Part shown: positions 34,081 through 50,932 of the stretch, piece after piece
Numbering within the stretch: position 1 is the first letter of the stretch
Layout: each line of letters opens with the position of its first letter
Source: the human T2T-CHM13v2.0 reference genome, Homo sapiens
Length of the DNA stretch: 64,000 bases
Reading direction: 5' to 3' (one strand)
Assembly: GCF_009914755.1 (NCBI RefSeq)
Contig: NC_060936.1
Notes under the pieces: generated by a model
The model's input: the letters and a program-made list of their open reading frames with translations, nothing else
What the model was told of the DNA's origin: nothing
The model's database searches: none
Made by a program: the position numbers and the translations under genes

Positions 34081-34991
34081 CTGTACCTCTTTTGGTGTGA
34101 CAGTGGTTAAGAAAAGAGGAAATGAGAGAGACTAAAAGGTACAAGTGAGGGGAACTCAAGACCTGTCTCAGTGAGCCCCTCACACTCTTGTATGAGGAAG
34201 AAATGATAACTAAAGAATCGTCTGTAAAGTGTACAGCAGCATCTGGATTTTCATGCCTGGTTTAATCTTCGATAGATTGTCTGGATTCATTCTCTCTCTG
34301 TGTGGGTGTGTGTGTGTATGAGCATACACACACATATTTGAGGTTAGGTAAAAAACTTTGTCATAAAATATATGTAAACTGGAAAGGATTTTAGAGATTA
34401 TCTGACAGTTCTTTTTTTATGGATGAATGCATCTGAGGCCAGACAGGAAAATGACTTATTGCTGGTTGAATTGCTGATTAGTGGCTGGATTGGAGGTAGA
34501 ACCCAGATCATCTGCCTCTTCATTCTACTCATGTCCTGTCATGGAAATTAGTCAATCCAATTATTATTATTATAGAAGTCTGTTTTCACCAGAAAGTTTG
34601 TGAACTGACAACCGTAAAATCTGTGGTAAATTCACAGGCTTCATCAATGACACTATGAAATATTGACCCTCAGCTTCCCAGATTGCAACTCCCCAAGTCT
34701 TGGTCTGTTTGCTGTTAGGATTTGTTACAACTTCTTCCTTATTGCCTTTTGTTACACAAGCAGTGCTGAATATGGGCTGGATATTGGAAAGAGGGCAAGA
34801 AAATGAGAACCCACAGTTCTGTGACGTGACAACACTGATTGGCCAGTCACTGTTATCTGCAGGATGTGCTTTTCTTAAGGATGAACATATTTTGGTCCAC
34901 AAGTTTCCAAGACAAGCACATTCCTGCCAACATGATCCTTGGACAAACTGTTCTGGAATTTGAACTTGCTACTGGAAGAGGGTTAAGTCCA

Positions 34992-34993
<2 letters not shown>

Positions 34994-35024
<31 letters not shown>
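34994..35024. repeat. (CA)n microsatellite
   Basis: Direct reading. Confidence 0.95.
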
Positions 35025-35025
<1 letters not shown>

Positions 35026-38000
35026 TTCAGTGGGGGGCAAGCCATAGTTGGTTATGTTAGCACCTCATTATACAACAGTTTCAAGATAAAGTGATTCCAG
35101 ATGTGCTCTCAGTAAGTACCTAGTACTTATGTTTTTAACCCATTAGGCTAAAAATCTACTTTCAGAATTTTGGGGAAGCCAGAGTTAGTTAATTAACTAG
35201 TCATTCCTAGTTACTTCATAAAGTTGATTCTAAGTCGACTATAATTTGCAGTATGTTTCATGTTAGAGGATACCCATTATAACCATATGAAACATACATA
35301 TTTATAGACACATATATGTATTTTCACACAGACTTGCCTTTGACAATGATTAGAAGTTCATCTGAAGTACTGGTTTAATGATCATTAGGTTCCTTTGTCC
35401 CGGAAATTTCATTTAGAAACATTAGGAAGATATATATCTAAGAAGTAGTATTCTAGTTTCTTCTTATTAATGAAGCTGCAGTGATAGTCATTGTGATTCT
35501 GAAGCATAAATTTCATGAGTAAGTCCTGGTTAAAAGGCTCCCTCCCTTGTTTAAAAAACCAAGATTTGAAATTTTTTGCTTTGTAACTTAAATTTACAAA
35601 AAAGAGTTAAAGAGAAAAGATGATGAATGTTTTCCTTGATAATTCATATTATTGTTAGGAATATGGAATTTTTGCATCACTTGGCCCTAGAAGGTGGAGA
35701 GCTAAAGGTGAACATTTCATTTTGCTTTCAAATATTTTAAATTTGTCTGCAGAAATTATGTTTTCTGCTGAATACAATGGAAGCCTTCTTAGCTGGTCTT
35801 ACTTGAGAATATTGCATCTTAGTATGCTCTTTTGATTTTATTTTGCTCTACAGTAAATTTTTAAAAATTTAGGTATGATATCTGGCATCAAGGACAACAC
35901 CATTTATTTGCCAAAGGCTGTAACCTAGGGCATTATACACTAAATGGGAATATTGGCAAACATACTGTTCAGAGGTACCTGTTGTGCTGTAGGGCAGTAC
36001 CTACAGCAAAGCAGTCTGGGTATGATGGACTCTGGATCCAGACTGTTTGGTTTCATTTCGCTTCTGCTTTTTACTAGCTGTGTGCTTTAATTTCATGAAT
36101 GTGAAAGATAAATAATAACTCATGAAGATTTAGTTAAGTCTGAACTTGTAAAGGAAGCACTTAGAACCATGCCTGGCATATGTTAAGTACTTCTCAAGTG
36201 TTAGCTTAAACAAACAAACAAATCTCAAATTTTGTCTTTGTCATGTCAGAGAGGCTAACATCAAGTGATGGCTGAAGCAGCAAACAGCTAGTTAAATTTA
36301 AAAGAAAAATGATCTTTGGGATTAATCCTATCTTGTGAAAAGTTTTCTAGAGCTTCCATCCAGCTGTGGCTAAAGCTAGAGGACAAGAAGGTGAGGAAAG
36401 TGTGGCAGAGTGAATGCCATTGATTAAAGAAAGGCCAGGACCTTGCTGTATAACAATTGTTTCTATTATTTCTATTTTGAGAGAAAGACCCTTGATGTTA
36501 CCCGTCAGCAGGAGATGGATGGTAGTCTTTGTGTGGATTGACAAACATTGGTAGTTTAACAATGTGAAGGGCTTCCTTTGCAGGAAATGAAAAAGTTGTG
36601 ATTTTCCATAAGTCATTTAGAGAGTCACTATTGAGCCAGCCAGGCTGGGCCCGCTAGTCTATACAATGGTTTTGTGACAATTAGCCTTGTGCTGTTGCAG
36701 CATTTCAGACTCATGGAGCGTTTTGCTTAGAAGACCTCTCTTCCTTCTGGCTGACACAGCCCCATCCCAGGGTGCAGGGCCTGATAAGTGGAGTACAGGC
36801 TGGATTTCAGCCCTAACCACCCGCTCCCCCCAGGACATGGTACAGTACACAAATGGCACATTGAAGGTGGTAGCCATGAAGACAGGTTTTTGAATTTTAC
36901 TTTCTGTTCTTCAGCTCAGGAAATATGTTGTTTATTTTTGTTTTTCAGTCATAGTCTACTTCAATAGCTGGAACTGGGGAAGAGATGGTTCAGTATTTTT
37001 TGTCATTGAATCCAATGGTTGATTGTTAATTATTACTTAAGATAATCCACAAACATCCTGCTGACAGTCCAAGACTGTTTTCTATCAGAGGTTTTATGAA
37101 GCCACTTAATTTAGGGTTAAGGTCCTGCTGAACCTTACAGGAGTCTAAAAGCAAGGAGAAAGGCATCAGAATATCACACCCTTTTAGCTATAAATCATAT
37201 TTCTGTAATGCTGTTGCTACTTTTTTTCTATGTGCTCTTGCAATTTAAGATGATGCATTTTATTTCCAATGGTTTGCAATCTGTAACTGAAAGACAGAAT
37301 GCTCGGAAAAGCCTCTGGCTAAAAACCAGTCTATTGACATAGAATCATGTCAGGAGTGGCCCCAGGAGATTTGTGGGTTTTGGCCTGTCTTGTTTCTCAT
37401 CCAATATTTCTTTTCAGTATTATCACAGTTAAATTCCTCATTGGATATGCAATAGATTAAAATCACATTAAAGTTTGGACTTAAATCAAGCATAGCAAAA
37501 AATGATTCTTTGACATTAGCTCCCAAGATTCTTCTATTATGGTTTCAGTGGTCCTGAACTTTGGAAGATGCTGATCAGGTAATAACTGTTCTGTGCCCTA
37601 CAAGGAGGATGCCACCTGTAAAAAGGCACTGAGAAGTTTTATTGTCTCAAATATATTTATTCTGATTCTTAAGAAAACTTGAAATAACTTGTGTTGTTTT
37701 GTTCTTATTTATTTTTGTTTAGAAATCTTTAATTTTCCTTTCCCTGCCCTGAGTCTTTCCCATTCTGAAATGAGTACAAACTGCTTTTTAGCTCACACAT
37801 AGGCTCTAGAAACAGTTATTTCGATTATTAAATTTTTATCTGACAGTAAGTAACATGCACTTAATACATTATAGTTTATAAAGTACTTTTTCGAATGCAT
37901 TACACATTTAATATCATGATGTTTTGAGATGGACATTAAAATTTTCTCCTTTTCTGCAACCTGGGAAACTAAAGCTCAGAGATCCGCATACTGTGCTACC

Positions 38001-38135
38001 CAAAGAATATAGGAAGAGAACCCGACTTTTTACCTTTTATTGATTAAAAAATGAGACGTGTCCTCACAATTTCCATGTGATTAACCAGTCCTAAAATTAT
38101 AAGACATCCTTTCCTCACTTAATTACATGTAGTGT

Positions 38136-38455
38136 TGTTGCGGGACTTTTCCTTAGTTCAGCTGAAGATGGGGTTCTTGTCACAGGGCATTGAAAATTTA
38201 GGCTCGCAGACAATTTAAAGGGTGACTAAGGCAGGGTTTTATTGGGTGAAAAGGAAGACAAGGGGAAAGGGAGACTATCAGCAAGGCGAAAGAGTGTGCT
38301 TCTTGCCCCTGGGCTTCCTGCCTTGCAGATTGAATCCCAGGTTTCACCCAGAAAGAGGAGGGGCCAGGCTCCTCCCTGCAGACTTCTGTGGCTCCACCCC
38401 AGTGTGCAGGCCTGTAGGGGTTTTGCCGAGTAGCCTTTCCCACGTGACTGTCTCA
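38136..38455 (-). mobile_element. Solo ERV1 LTR (MER48-like)
   Basis: TG...CA termini; 4-bp TSD GTGT at 38132-38135 and 38456-38459; AATAAA on the LTR strand. Confidence 0.8.
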
Positions 38456-38576
38456 GTGTAGTACATGTGATGTGGCCTAAATTGGGAAATACCTAAATTA
38501 GTAGCTACCTGTGAATTTGTCCTAACTTAGAGAATCTTTTGAAATGACTTAAAATTCTTTGGGTTTTCAGCTCAGA

Positions 38577-38578
<2 letters not shown>

Positions 38579-38618
<40 letters not shown>
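38579..38618. repeat. (CA)n microsatellite, ~20 units
   Basis: Direct reading. Confidence 0.95.
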
Positions 38619-38620
<2 letters not shown>

Positions 38621-39369
38621 ATTAACAACCCTCAAGCAAAATTAATGGTAGTGCATCTGCAGCTTTTCAAAGTAATTGGAGAACCTTGAACCCCAGCTAA
38701 TTTGACATTTTCACCTTTTCTAACTTTTTTTCAGAGTGTGTTGACATTCAGGTCAATTTTGAGCTGCTTTTAAGAGTACCCAGTGCCTAGTATAGTATAG
38801 GCATTTAATGCCTTTCAAATAAATGACTGAATTGTTCACTATATGGGCAAATGACAATTTGTAAATAATATCCCTAAATGCAGAGTACCTAAATGCAATA
38901 CAAATAGTAGTCACATTATGTTTATTGTTTTAAACTAGAAGGTTTTGGCGTAGTCTGAAATGATATTATAGAAGGAGCAAGAACTTTGGAATCTGAAAAG
39001 ATCTAGAATTGAATCTTTACCTTAACATTTACTGCTGGTTACTACACCTTCCTTAGGCATTCCACACAACTTCTCTGATCTTCAGTGTCTTCACCTGTAA
39101 ATTTGGGATTATATTATCTACCTTACAACATCTCTGGGAGGACCATCTAAATTAATATATGCAAGGTACCCTGCACAATGCTTAATTCATAAAATGTGCT
39201 CAAAGTTCATGCATTTTTAGAATTTGTGTATACAACTTTGTAGCCAATTAACAGAGCCCCCAAGTAACAGATTGTGTGTTTTCTGATTAACCTTTGTATA
39301 TAAAAATCCAGCTGTATAATCTGTAGTATAAAAGACCCATGGTGATAGTAGCAGTTCAACATGCCTGTT

Positions 39370-40270
39370 CTAAACTCTATACAAAGAGTAAAGGGCCAAA
39401 AATAGTTAAGATAATTTTGAAGAAGACCAAGGTACAGGTTTTTACATTAATAGATCTCAAGACTTATTATGAAGCCATAGTAATCAAGGAAGGGCAGTGA
39501 TGGCAAAGGCATAGACATATATGCTGATGGGACAGAAAGGACAGTTAGGAAACAGACCCACACACAGATGGAAACTTGTTATATATAAGAAGTAATATAG
39601 AAGAAGAGTTTGATGATTCAGTAATGGATTCTGGTACAACTAGTTATCCATATGGGAAAAAGTAAAATTATATCCCTATATCATGCCTTGTACAAAAATT
39701 AATCACAGGTAGGTTGAAGACCTAAATGTGAAAAGTATAATTTTTAAACATCTGAAAGGAAATCTTGTATCACCTTTGAATACCTAAGAATTTCTTAAAC
39801 AATGTACAAAAACATAAACATTAAAGAAAAAGATGGATAAACTTGACTGTGTTAAAATTAGAAATTTCTGATGTTAAACAATACCTAAAGAAGTGAAAAG
39901 TGAGAAAGAGATTTAAACATATAAAAAATTTTATACACACTGTGTATAAAGAACCCCTATAAATCAATGAGGAAAAGACAACCCAATAGAAAAATGGGTA
40001 AAGGATATAAACAGGCAGTGGACAGAAAAGAAAACCTGAATGGCCAATAACCATAAACATAGTGATCAGGGAAACACAAAATTAAAACCACCAGAAAGTA
40101 GGATTTTACATTCCCCAGAGATCAAGTATTGGTGAGGATGTAGAGCAAATAAATTTTATGCACTGCTCATGGGAGAATTTCACTGACATCACCACTTTGG
40201 AAAACAATTTAACAAAATCTAGTACAGTTGAAGATGAGCCTATTGTATCATCTGCACCTCTACTGCTGGA
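39370..40270 (+). mobile_element. Ancient L1M (L1ME-like) ORF2 3' region remnant
   Basis: agatctcaagacttattatgaagccatagtaatcaag, gaaacagacccacac and caacccaatagaaaaatggg motifs. Confidence 0.75.
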
Positions 40271-40349
40271 TCTAGTCCCTACAGAAAGTCTCCCAGTACC
40301 TGCCACGGTTCCTAGTGCCAAGTAAGAGCTCAGTAAATAGATGTTAAAA

Positions 40350-40445
40350 GAAGGAAGAAAGGATGGAAGGAAGGGAGAAAGGATGATAGCAAGGAGAGAA
40401 GGAAGGAAGGAGGGAAGTAAGGAAGAAGGGAGGAAGGAAGGATAG
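40350..40445. repeat. (GGAA)n-rich low-complexity purine tract
   Basis: Direct reading. Confidence 0.85.
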
Positions 40446-41846
40446 ATATAAGAATATTTGTGTCATTGACTTCTTTTTGCTTTGTTTTGGGTGTTGTGGG
40501 ACTGCTGCTTTCTTGTCTGTATGGTCTCAAACCACCCTAAAGGTTTGTCAACTCCAGTGGAACTTTGGGAATCTCAGACGATTCACCTCTACCTCTCAGA
40601 TTTTACTATGAATGGCAGTAAGGATTTTCATAACCGATAAATACATTCTGTAAATGCATTTCCTTACAGAATTCACAATGGTACTTCTTTAAATGGTAAG
40701 CTCTGATTGCATATTTGAAGTGAATCTATGTAAGGTGTAAAATGAGATGTACTAGTATATTATGGGTAGCATAAAATATTAGTTATTACTGGATCTTTAA
40801 AATTCTATTGGCAAAGAAAGATGAGGACTGATGCCCTGAAAAGATAAAATATTATGTTTTTTTCAGGCATATGAGTAATCAAAAAGCATTTCACTGGTTT
40901 GTGAAGAAATGGGTATTCTTTTTAAATAGTAAATAGTCATATGCACTAAGCCAATTTTTAAAATAACATATATTCCCTAGAGCATAGAAAACATGGCAGC
41001 TCTTCCCATAGCTGGAAGAATGTGTGGTTACCCTGGCAACACCATTTTAGTTCCTGCTTCCAAGTACCACCTGGTGATTTAAAGTCTTAACAGCTGTGCA
41101 GCATCTACATTTCCATTGAGGAAATAAAACGCATTCATGCATCATCTAATGCAGAATTTAAGAAGAAACGAGCTTGCAAATTTGGGGAAGGAGGGAAAGA
41201 AATAGCACACATGCCAGCAAAGCCGACTGAGGTTTAAAAACCCTAGCTGCAGTCTTGGAAGTATTCCTGAAGCAGCTAAGTCCACTGCATTAAGGATATG
41301 GGATTATAGGCCGATTTCCCATCAGAACTCTAATGTACACATAGTCTCAGTAGCCTATGAACATTTTGTTATCCCATACGCAAAATATGTATTTGTAAGT
41401 GGAAATTGGCACTCTCCATCCTAACAGGCATTTTAACAAAATGGTTGTGTCCCCATCACTGTGAGAGGTAGAGAAATATAAAGAAAACAGTGTCCTCAGC
41501 TTCATGTTTGTTTCTCAGTGCTTCTAATTTCACCCAAAGTTTTGGGACCTTCCTTAGATCTAGTCATATTGAAAAAGCCAGATCCTTCAATAATTTCCAG
41601 TAGAATGAGTTTTTAGGTACTTGAGTGCTGTGGGGAGGAATGACATTGCTGGGCTGTAAGGAGGACAAGGGGCTAGGAAATAGTTTTCCTCTCACAAAAT
41701 AGAAACTAGGAATAAGCAGTTTAAGGTATATAAAATTATTACTTTCCATTTTTCTCTTTGATTATTGTGATTTATATGTATATTATTAAAAGTTTAGAAT
41801 AGAAGAAATATATAAACAGGAAAATCACTGAAGATGCTGACATTAA

Positions 41847-42167
<321 letters not shown>

Positions 42168-42857
42168 TAATCTTGTTTATGTATTTTTTTCACCTTTATG
42201 CATTTTAAAGGAGCTACTCAAGTTATCTGTCCACATCACAATTGATTTTCTGCAGTACAAATGGTCTTTACTGCTTGAAAGGAGTACTTTAATTCTGGTA
42301 TGGCATTTTGTTTTTCCTTGTGTTTTTTTCTTATTCCAGTGGCTTCATGTTCTTTTCTGTTTTCATTTTAGCCTATTCGTTTTTGAATTTTTTTCATCTT
42401 CATAGAAATGTGTTTTCATACATCTCTGTTTAGGGCACCAAACAGATGTTACTTAAAAGTTTCTATGGTATTGTAGAATCTTTTCAGAGATACTGTGGCG
42501 GCTGTGTCCTACCTTACCCTGGGACAGGGAGCGGTCTTTCCAGCCTAATATAAATAGGGTGTACAGAATGTCCCTAGCACTGTCCACTTGTATTCTGAGA
42601 ACTTCGCCTTCTCTGAAGCAAACATTGAAGGCTGGTTACGTGCCCATACTCTGTTCAGTTTCCAGGACTTAGGATTCCTTCCCTAGATCGCTCCATAAAT
42701 ACTTGACTTCCTACTATGTGCCAGATAGTGTTATAGGTGCTGCCAATATGGCAGTGAACAAACCCAGCTTATATAAAATAAGTAAACCTGTGATTATATA
42801 ACATAGATTATAATATGAAGCTCCTGGAAAGGGACATAGGAGGGAGTCTAGGGAGGC

Positions 42858-43136
<279 letters not shown>

Positions 43137-43376
43137 ATAGGAGGCGGTTATTTTATATGGACATTAGGGAAAGACCCACAGGCTGATAAGGTCATATTTG
43201 AGCTAATAGAATTGAGGGAATGAGTTCTGTAGTTATCTAGAGTAAGAGAATTCCTAGAAAAGAAATCAAAGAAAGCCTTTTGAGCCATTCTAAGGCTTTG
43301 GTTTTTATTTAGAGTGAGATGGGACACCATTTTGGGGTTCTGAACAGAGTGATGGCCTAGATGCCGAGTGCTTTAA

Positions 43377-45911
<2,535 letters not shown>

Positions 45912-45972
45912 TGCAGTGAGCCATGAGCATACTGTTGCTCTCCAGGCTGGGCAACAGAGCAAGACCCTCTCT
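45912..45972 (+). mobile_element. Diverged Alu 3' fragment inside the L1 insertion (putative transduced flank)
   Basis: tgcagtgagccatgag...ccaggctgggcaacagagcaagaccct. Confidence 0.8.
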
Positions 45973-47315
45973 CCAAATTTTTTTTGTTTTAAAAGGAAGA
46001 AAGTTTAAAAAAAAAAAGACGGAGTGATGTAGTGTGCCAGGTACTGCTGACAACGTGAGGGAGAGGAGGCCTGAGAACTGACTATTGGATGTAGCAACAG
46101 GGAGGTCATTGATGACTTTGACAAGAACTATTTTGATGAAGTAATGAGGATGAAAGCTATTTGGAATGGATTCCAGAAGGAATGGGAGTAGTTGGACTGG
46201 AGGCAGAGTAGAGACTACACTTTAGAGGAGTTTTACTCTAAAAGGGAAGAGAAATAGGGTCATATCTGAAGGAGGATGTGGAGCCAGGAGAGTTTTAAAG
46301 AATCTTTCAAGTGGAAGAAATTATGACAGCACATTTGTATGCTGGGAATGATCCAGTAGAGAATAACAACTTGATGATACAAGAGCAGGTGGACAATTGC
46401 TGGAGCAATGTCTTTAAGTCGGTAAGAAGGATGGGCACCAGTGCACAAGGGGCAGGATGGGTCTTAGCTCAGAGCCTGAGCTATTCAACCATGGCTACAG
46501 GAGGAGACACGGTAGGTGTTTGGACACAGAGATATATACATGGATTGGAACATAGGCACCCACTCTGGCTCATCAGGCCTCTTGCTGGCAGTTAGTACAT
46601 TTGACAGATGAAAGTGTGGTCCGTGGTTCTTGTGCCATGTGCACCAGTGTGCTGCATGAAAGGCCAGCCCTCTCACTCTCCCCTCATGGGCACACACAGA
46701 CATGGGCTCTTTCCAGGCCTTTCTTCTTGTCCTCACCACTTTCTTTTGGTAACATAGCATTGCATTTATGTCCATTCTGCAGTTTAAAAAATCTTGAGCT
46801 GAGACCAGCTTAGCCATTAACATAAGGTCACACACTGATAAATGTTAGATCAGTCTCTTCAGAGATTTGATGTCCATTCAGGTGCACAGGGTTGCCTTTT
46901 ACCAGATGGAGGGGAGCTCCAGGTGTGTACAATGTGCACATGGCCTTTGCCCCATTTGCTGAGAAGGGGCTTGGAGCACTGGGGAGCCTTCTCTCCTCAT
47001 AACCTTTGAGGGACCGCACTCTGACCACATTTTGCTGTCTGCTCATCCTCCTCCATCTTTAAGTCAGCACTCCGCTTTTCCCTTTTGCTCATTATATTTG
47101 GGGAGAAGCAGGGTTTATGTGCACATTCAGTTGCCCCAATCAGAGACTTTTTGAACCTGGAAAAAGCCATTGTAGGACTTCTGGGCTAATCCTCTCCATA
47201 TCTACTCCACCTTCTTCATTTGCCTATGTTGGCATCTCAGGCACTATCTACTATCTACTTCTAGTACTTTCTACACTCAAAACAGGAAAACATACACACA
47301 TGTGTAGGGGCGTAT

Positions 47316-47350
47316 ACACACACACACACACACACACCCACACACACACG
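47316..47350. repeat. (CA)n microsatellite, interrupted
   Basis: Direct reading. Confidence 0.9.
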
Positions 47351-49543
47351 CAGAGCTGCTTTGTTCCCTTTTGGAAGGAGCTGTAAGAGAAAAATTGTGA
47401 GGGTTTAGCCTGAAAACAACTCTCCCTGCTGTTCCCAGGGCTGTCATTGCAATGATTATTTGGGCCGCTGGAGGCGGGGCTTTGGCATGCATCTGGCAGT
47501 CACTGTAAAATGCATTCCCCTTAAAATCTGCTACTTTATATTAGGTGAGCTGTACACTCCAAGTAGTAGGTGTTTTCTGTTATACATACATAGTGTATTA
47601 AGTCTCTGTAGATGATTGTCATGTTATGGCTAACCAGTCTGAACTCTTAATTATAATGAGGCATTATTAAAAAGGTTCAGAGGTATATAGATGGATGAAA
47701 ATGGTGTTTCACATATTGAAATAGGAATCACTTAACCAAAGAATATATTTCGATGAATCTTAAACTTGCCTTAAAAACAGAAGAGGTTAAAAAGAATTTA
47801 GAAAAAATAAAGTTTTAGAGTGTTTGAGAATGTGTATATAAAATATTTTCAAAGCCATAATATGGATGCTCTTATGGCTCAGAAGCATGCCTACTAGAAC
47901 ACGTCTCGGAATGAGAGATGTTTAATTCTGTCACCTCCCAGAAAGTTTTGCAGGGTTTCTCACTTGAATTTGCTTCCCTTTGCAACCTCTTGTCCTGAAG
48001 GCCCCCTTCCCACCTGGAAATGCTGAGGCATGGGTGTGATAAGAATCAGTCATTTTGAAGAGAATAAGATGATGACTTTATTAACATTTCCATATATGCT
48101 GATTGTGTGTGTGGCGGGGTGGGGGCTGGGGTGGAGGCTTAAGGCAAAAGCTAGAATTAGTCATATGAATTATGGGCTTGTTTGGAGACTGGGCCGCTCC
48201 TGTTCCCAATCAGTGCCAGTAAATCCTGCAGACAGCTTCAACACCACTACTCTGTTTCTATCCCACTCATAAAATTCCATGCCAAGGTAAAAACCACAAT
48301 CCTCCCTTTCTTGGTTTTTCATGCAAAAACTATTTTAGAATAAATTTAAATGTCAAACCTTGAAGAACTTTGAATAGTGGAGGCTTCAGCTCATTTAGTT
48401 CACAGCATAGCTAAAAAATTTGAAAAAAATAAGGATGAAAGTACTAACATTTTAGAGGCCTATATTTTTCACCGAATTTCAGTTCCAGAGGAAGACAAAA
48501 TTGCTATGTTGGAAGAATAGGATAAAAGAAGAAATACTGAGAAAAGCATAAATGTCAACAGCAGCACTTTCATGCTCGGGAGAAGCCCAGAGGCCCCATG
48601 TGTGAATAACATTGCAATGGCTGCTTTATGCAGTATGTAAATAAACACAGTCCCCACACCATTTAAAGTATTCAGCACTGACCTAAACAGGCCTAGACAT
48701 AAAATGCCAGTCCAGACAGACGTTTGTGAATATACACACATAACACATTGCAGGAAGAACTTGGTGCCTTTTTCCAAATATTTTATTATGTACACATTTC
48801 AGATTAGAAACACTTTCAGTGTTCATAGTCTGAGCAATGGAAAACATTTTTAATCAGTCCTAGACAGCAGGAAAACTTCCTGCAGGAGTTCTACAAGGTT
48901 TATTCTTCATTTAACAGATGTTTGTTTATAGTAGAAGGCAGGAAGCTGTATGGTATGTCTCTAGCTTCAAAGAGCTTAAAATGTGGTAGAGACCTTTAGG
49001 GGAGTTTGGTCATCAGGGAATTAAAGATAACTTTCATACAGCTATGTGAGAAAAGTATAAAATCATAAAGAACAAAGAGGAGGCCACAGTTATGATTCCA
49101 AAATGACAAACTAAAGAAGAACGCCCAGGCAAGAACCAAGAACCAACAATACCATGCAATAATTATTCTGGTGTCTCCTATGTTACAGAATGTGTTCCAA
49201 TGAACTTTGAGAATCTAATGAAAGTAATGGGCCCAGAATATCCATATATCCTCAAACATTTGCACAAAATGTCAGGGATTTTATGTCCTTGACAATGTCT
49301 GAGTCCATGGGCTTTGTATTTTAAATCTTTTATAGTTACATTTACCATGGTTAATGTGTTACAACTATTTATACTCCTGTCTCCTCCACTAGAGTACAAG
49401 CACTTCTAGCACAGCAGTACATTATGTTGTATATTTTATCCACACCCCTTTCTGTTTTGCATTGTGCCTGATGCATAGAAGGTAGTAAAAATGCTGACCA
49501 CTCACTTGCCTACCTACCTCAGTGTTCAGGTGTTAGGTTAATG

Positions 49544-50932
49544 CAGCATCTTCCAAATATCAGTCATTTGAGTAACACCCTCACAATTTTTGCAGTAGTT
49601 GCTTACCACCTGTATTATTTTACAAGATAATGGTTTTTGGTGATAGACAGCATTAAATACTATCAAATTTCAAAGTTGAGCATGTTATTTTCATTCCATT
49701 TCCTTTTAGCTTAACTCACACCAAGGAGGCAGTCCTCATTTAGTTCTGGTGTATCTTTAATATCTCTCTGACATTTGGGGATATTCCTTTGGAAGGAACA
49801 CAGAGACTTTTGTAGGCAGGAGTATGGCTAGAAGTAAATAACATTACTTTGTTTCTTCTTTCATTGTGGTTAGTTTTATGGAAAGTGATAGTAATTTTCT
49901 ATTTATGGAAGTGAGAAAAAATTTTTTTAACACTGACTTAAGTTTAAAAAAATGTTTTAAAGAAAGGCATCACATCAGCTATCTGTTGCTGTATGGACTA
50001 CTTCCAAAACATACTGGTTTAAAAAACAATGACTTATTTTGATTCTATGGGTTGGCTAGGCTCTGCTAGGCAATTCTTCTCTCCATGAGGTCTGCTGGGG
50101 TCATTCCTGTGGCTCGAGAGTTTGGTTGAGGCTGGAAGGACCAAAATAGCTTTATTCATTGCTGTGGTCTGAATGTTGGTGTCCTCTCAAAATTCAAATG
50201 TTGGAACTGAAGACTCAATGTGAGAGGTGAGACCTTTAGAAGGCTCTGCCCTCATGAATGGAATTAGTGCCCTTATAGGAGAGGCTTGAGGGAGCCTGTT
50301 TGCCCCTTCTGCCACGTGAACATGCAGCAGGAAGGCTCCATTTATGAAGCAGAGCCTTCACCAGACACTAAATCTGCTGGTGCCATGATCTTGAGCTTCC
50401 CTGCCTTCAGAACTGTGAACAATAGATTTCTGTTGCTTATAAATTACTCAGTCTAAAGTATTTTGTTCCAGGAGCCTGAATGGACTAAGACACGTACATG
50501 TCTGGCAACGTAGCTGAGGTGGCCAGAATGGCTGCAGGTGGTCAAGCCTCTCCCTGTTTAGTGGTGTCTCATCACTTCCCAGTGATGAGAGACCACGTGG
50601 AGCTTTTTAACATCATGGCTGGCTCCAAAGACAGTAAAAAAGAAAAGTACAAAGTCTCTTAAGGCCCGGACCTAGAAGTCACAGTGCATTACTCTGGCTA
50701 CATTTTGTTGATCAAATCAAGTAACAAGACGAGTCTGGATTCAAGGGGAAGAGAAATAGACTCAACACCTTTTTGGGGGTTTAATGACACATATGTTCAG
50801 AAATGGGAATAATCTTTGATAAAGATTTTACAAACAATCTACACAAATGGTTAAGTAAATAATAGGACAGGTTGTAGCAGATATGGCAAAAATTGTGAGG
50901 GTGATATTCAAATGACTATTTGGAAGATGCTG
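49544..50932. mobile_element. MER113-like hAT-Charlie sequence with nested MLT1 LTR (~49970-50845), itself interrupted by an MST LTR (~50160-50492)
   Basis: cagcatcttccaaat ends; MST termini tgctgtggtctgaatgtt ... ggactaagaca; MLT1 atctgttgctgtat...actggtttaaaaaacaat. Confidence 0.6.

Noticed and set aside
34822-34842. Canonical ERSE (CCAAT-N9-CCACG)
   Set aside because: The minus strand reads CCAAT-N8-TCACG, so both spacing and first base are off; kept only as UPRE-like plus NF-Y
47462-47480. CTCF site (GGCCGCTGGAGGCGGGG)
   Set aside because: Mismatches at key core positions; not supportable without ChIP data
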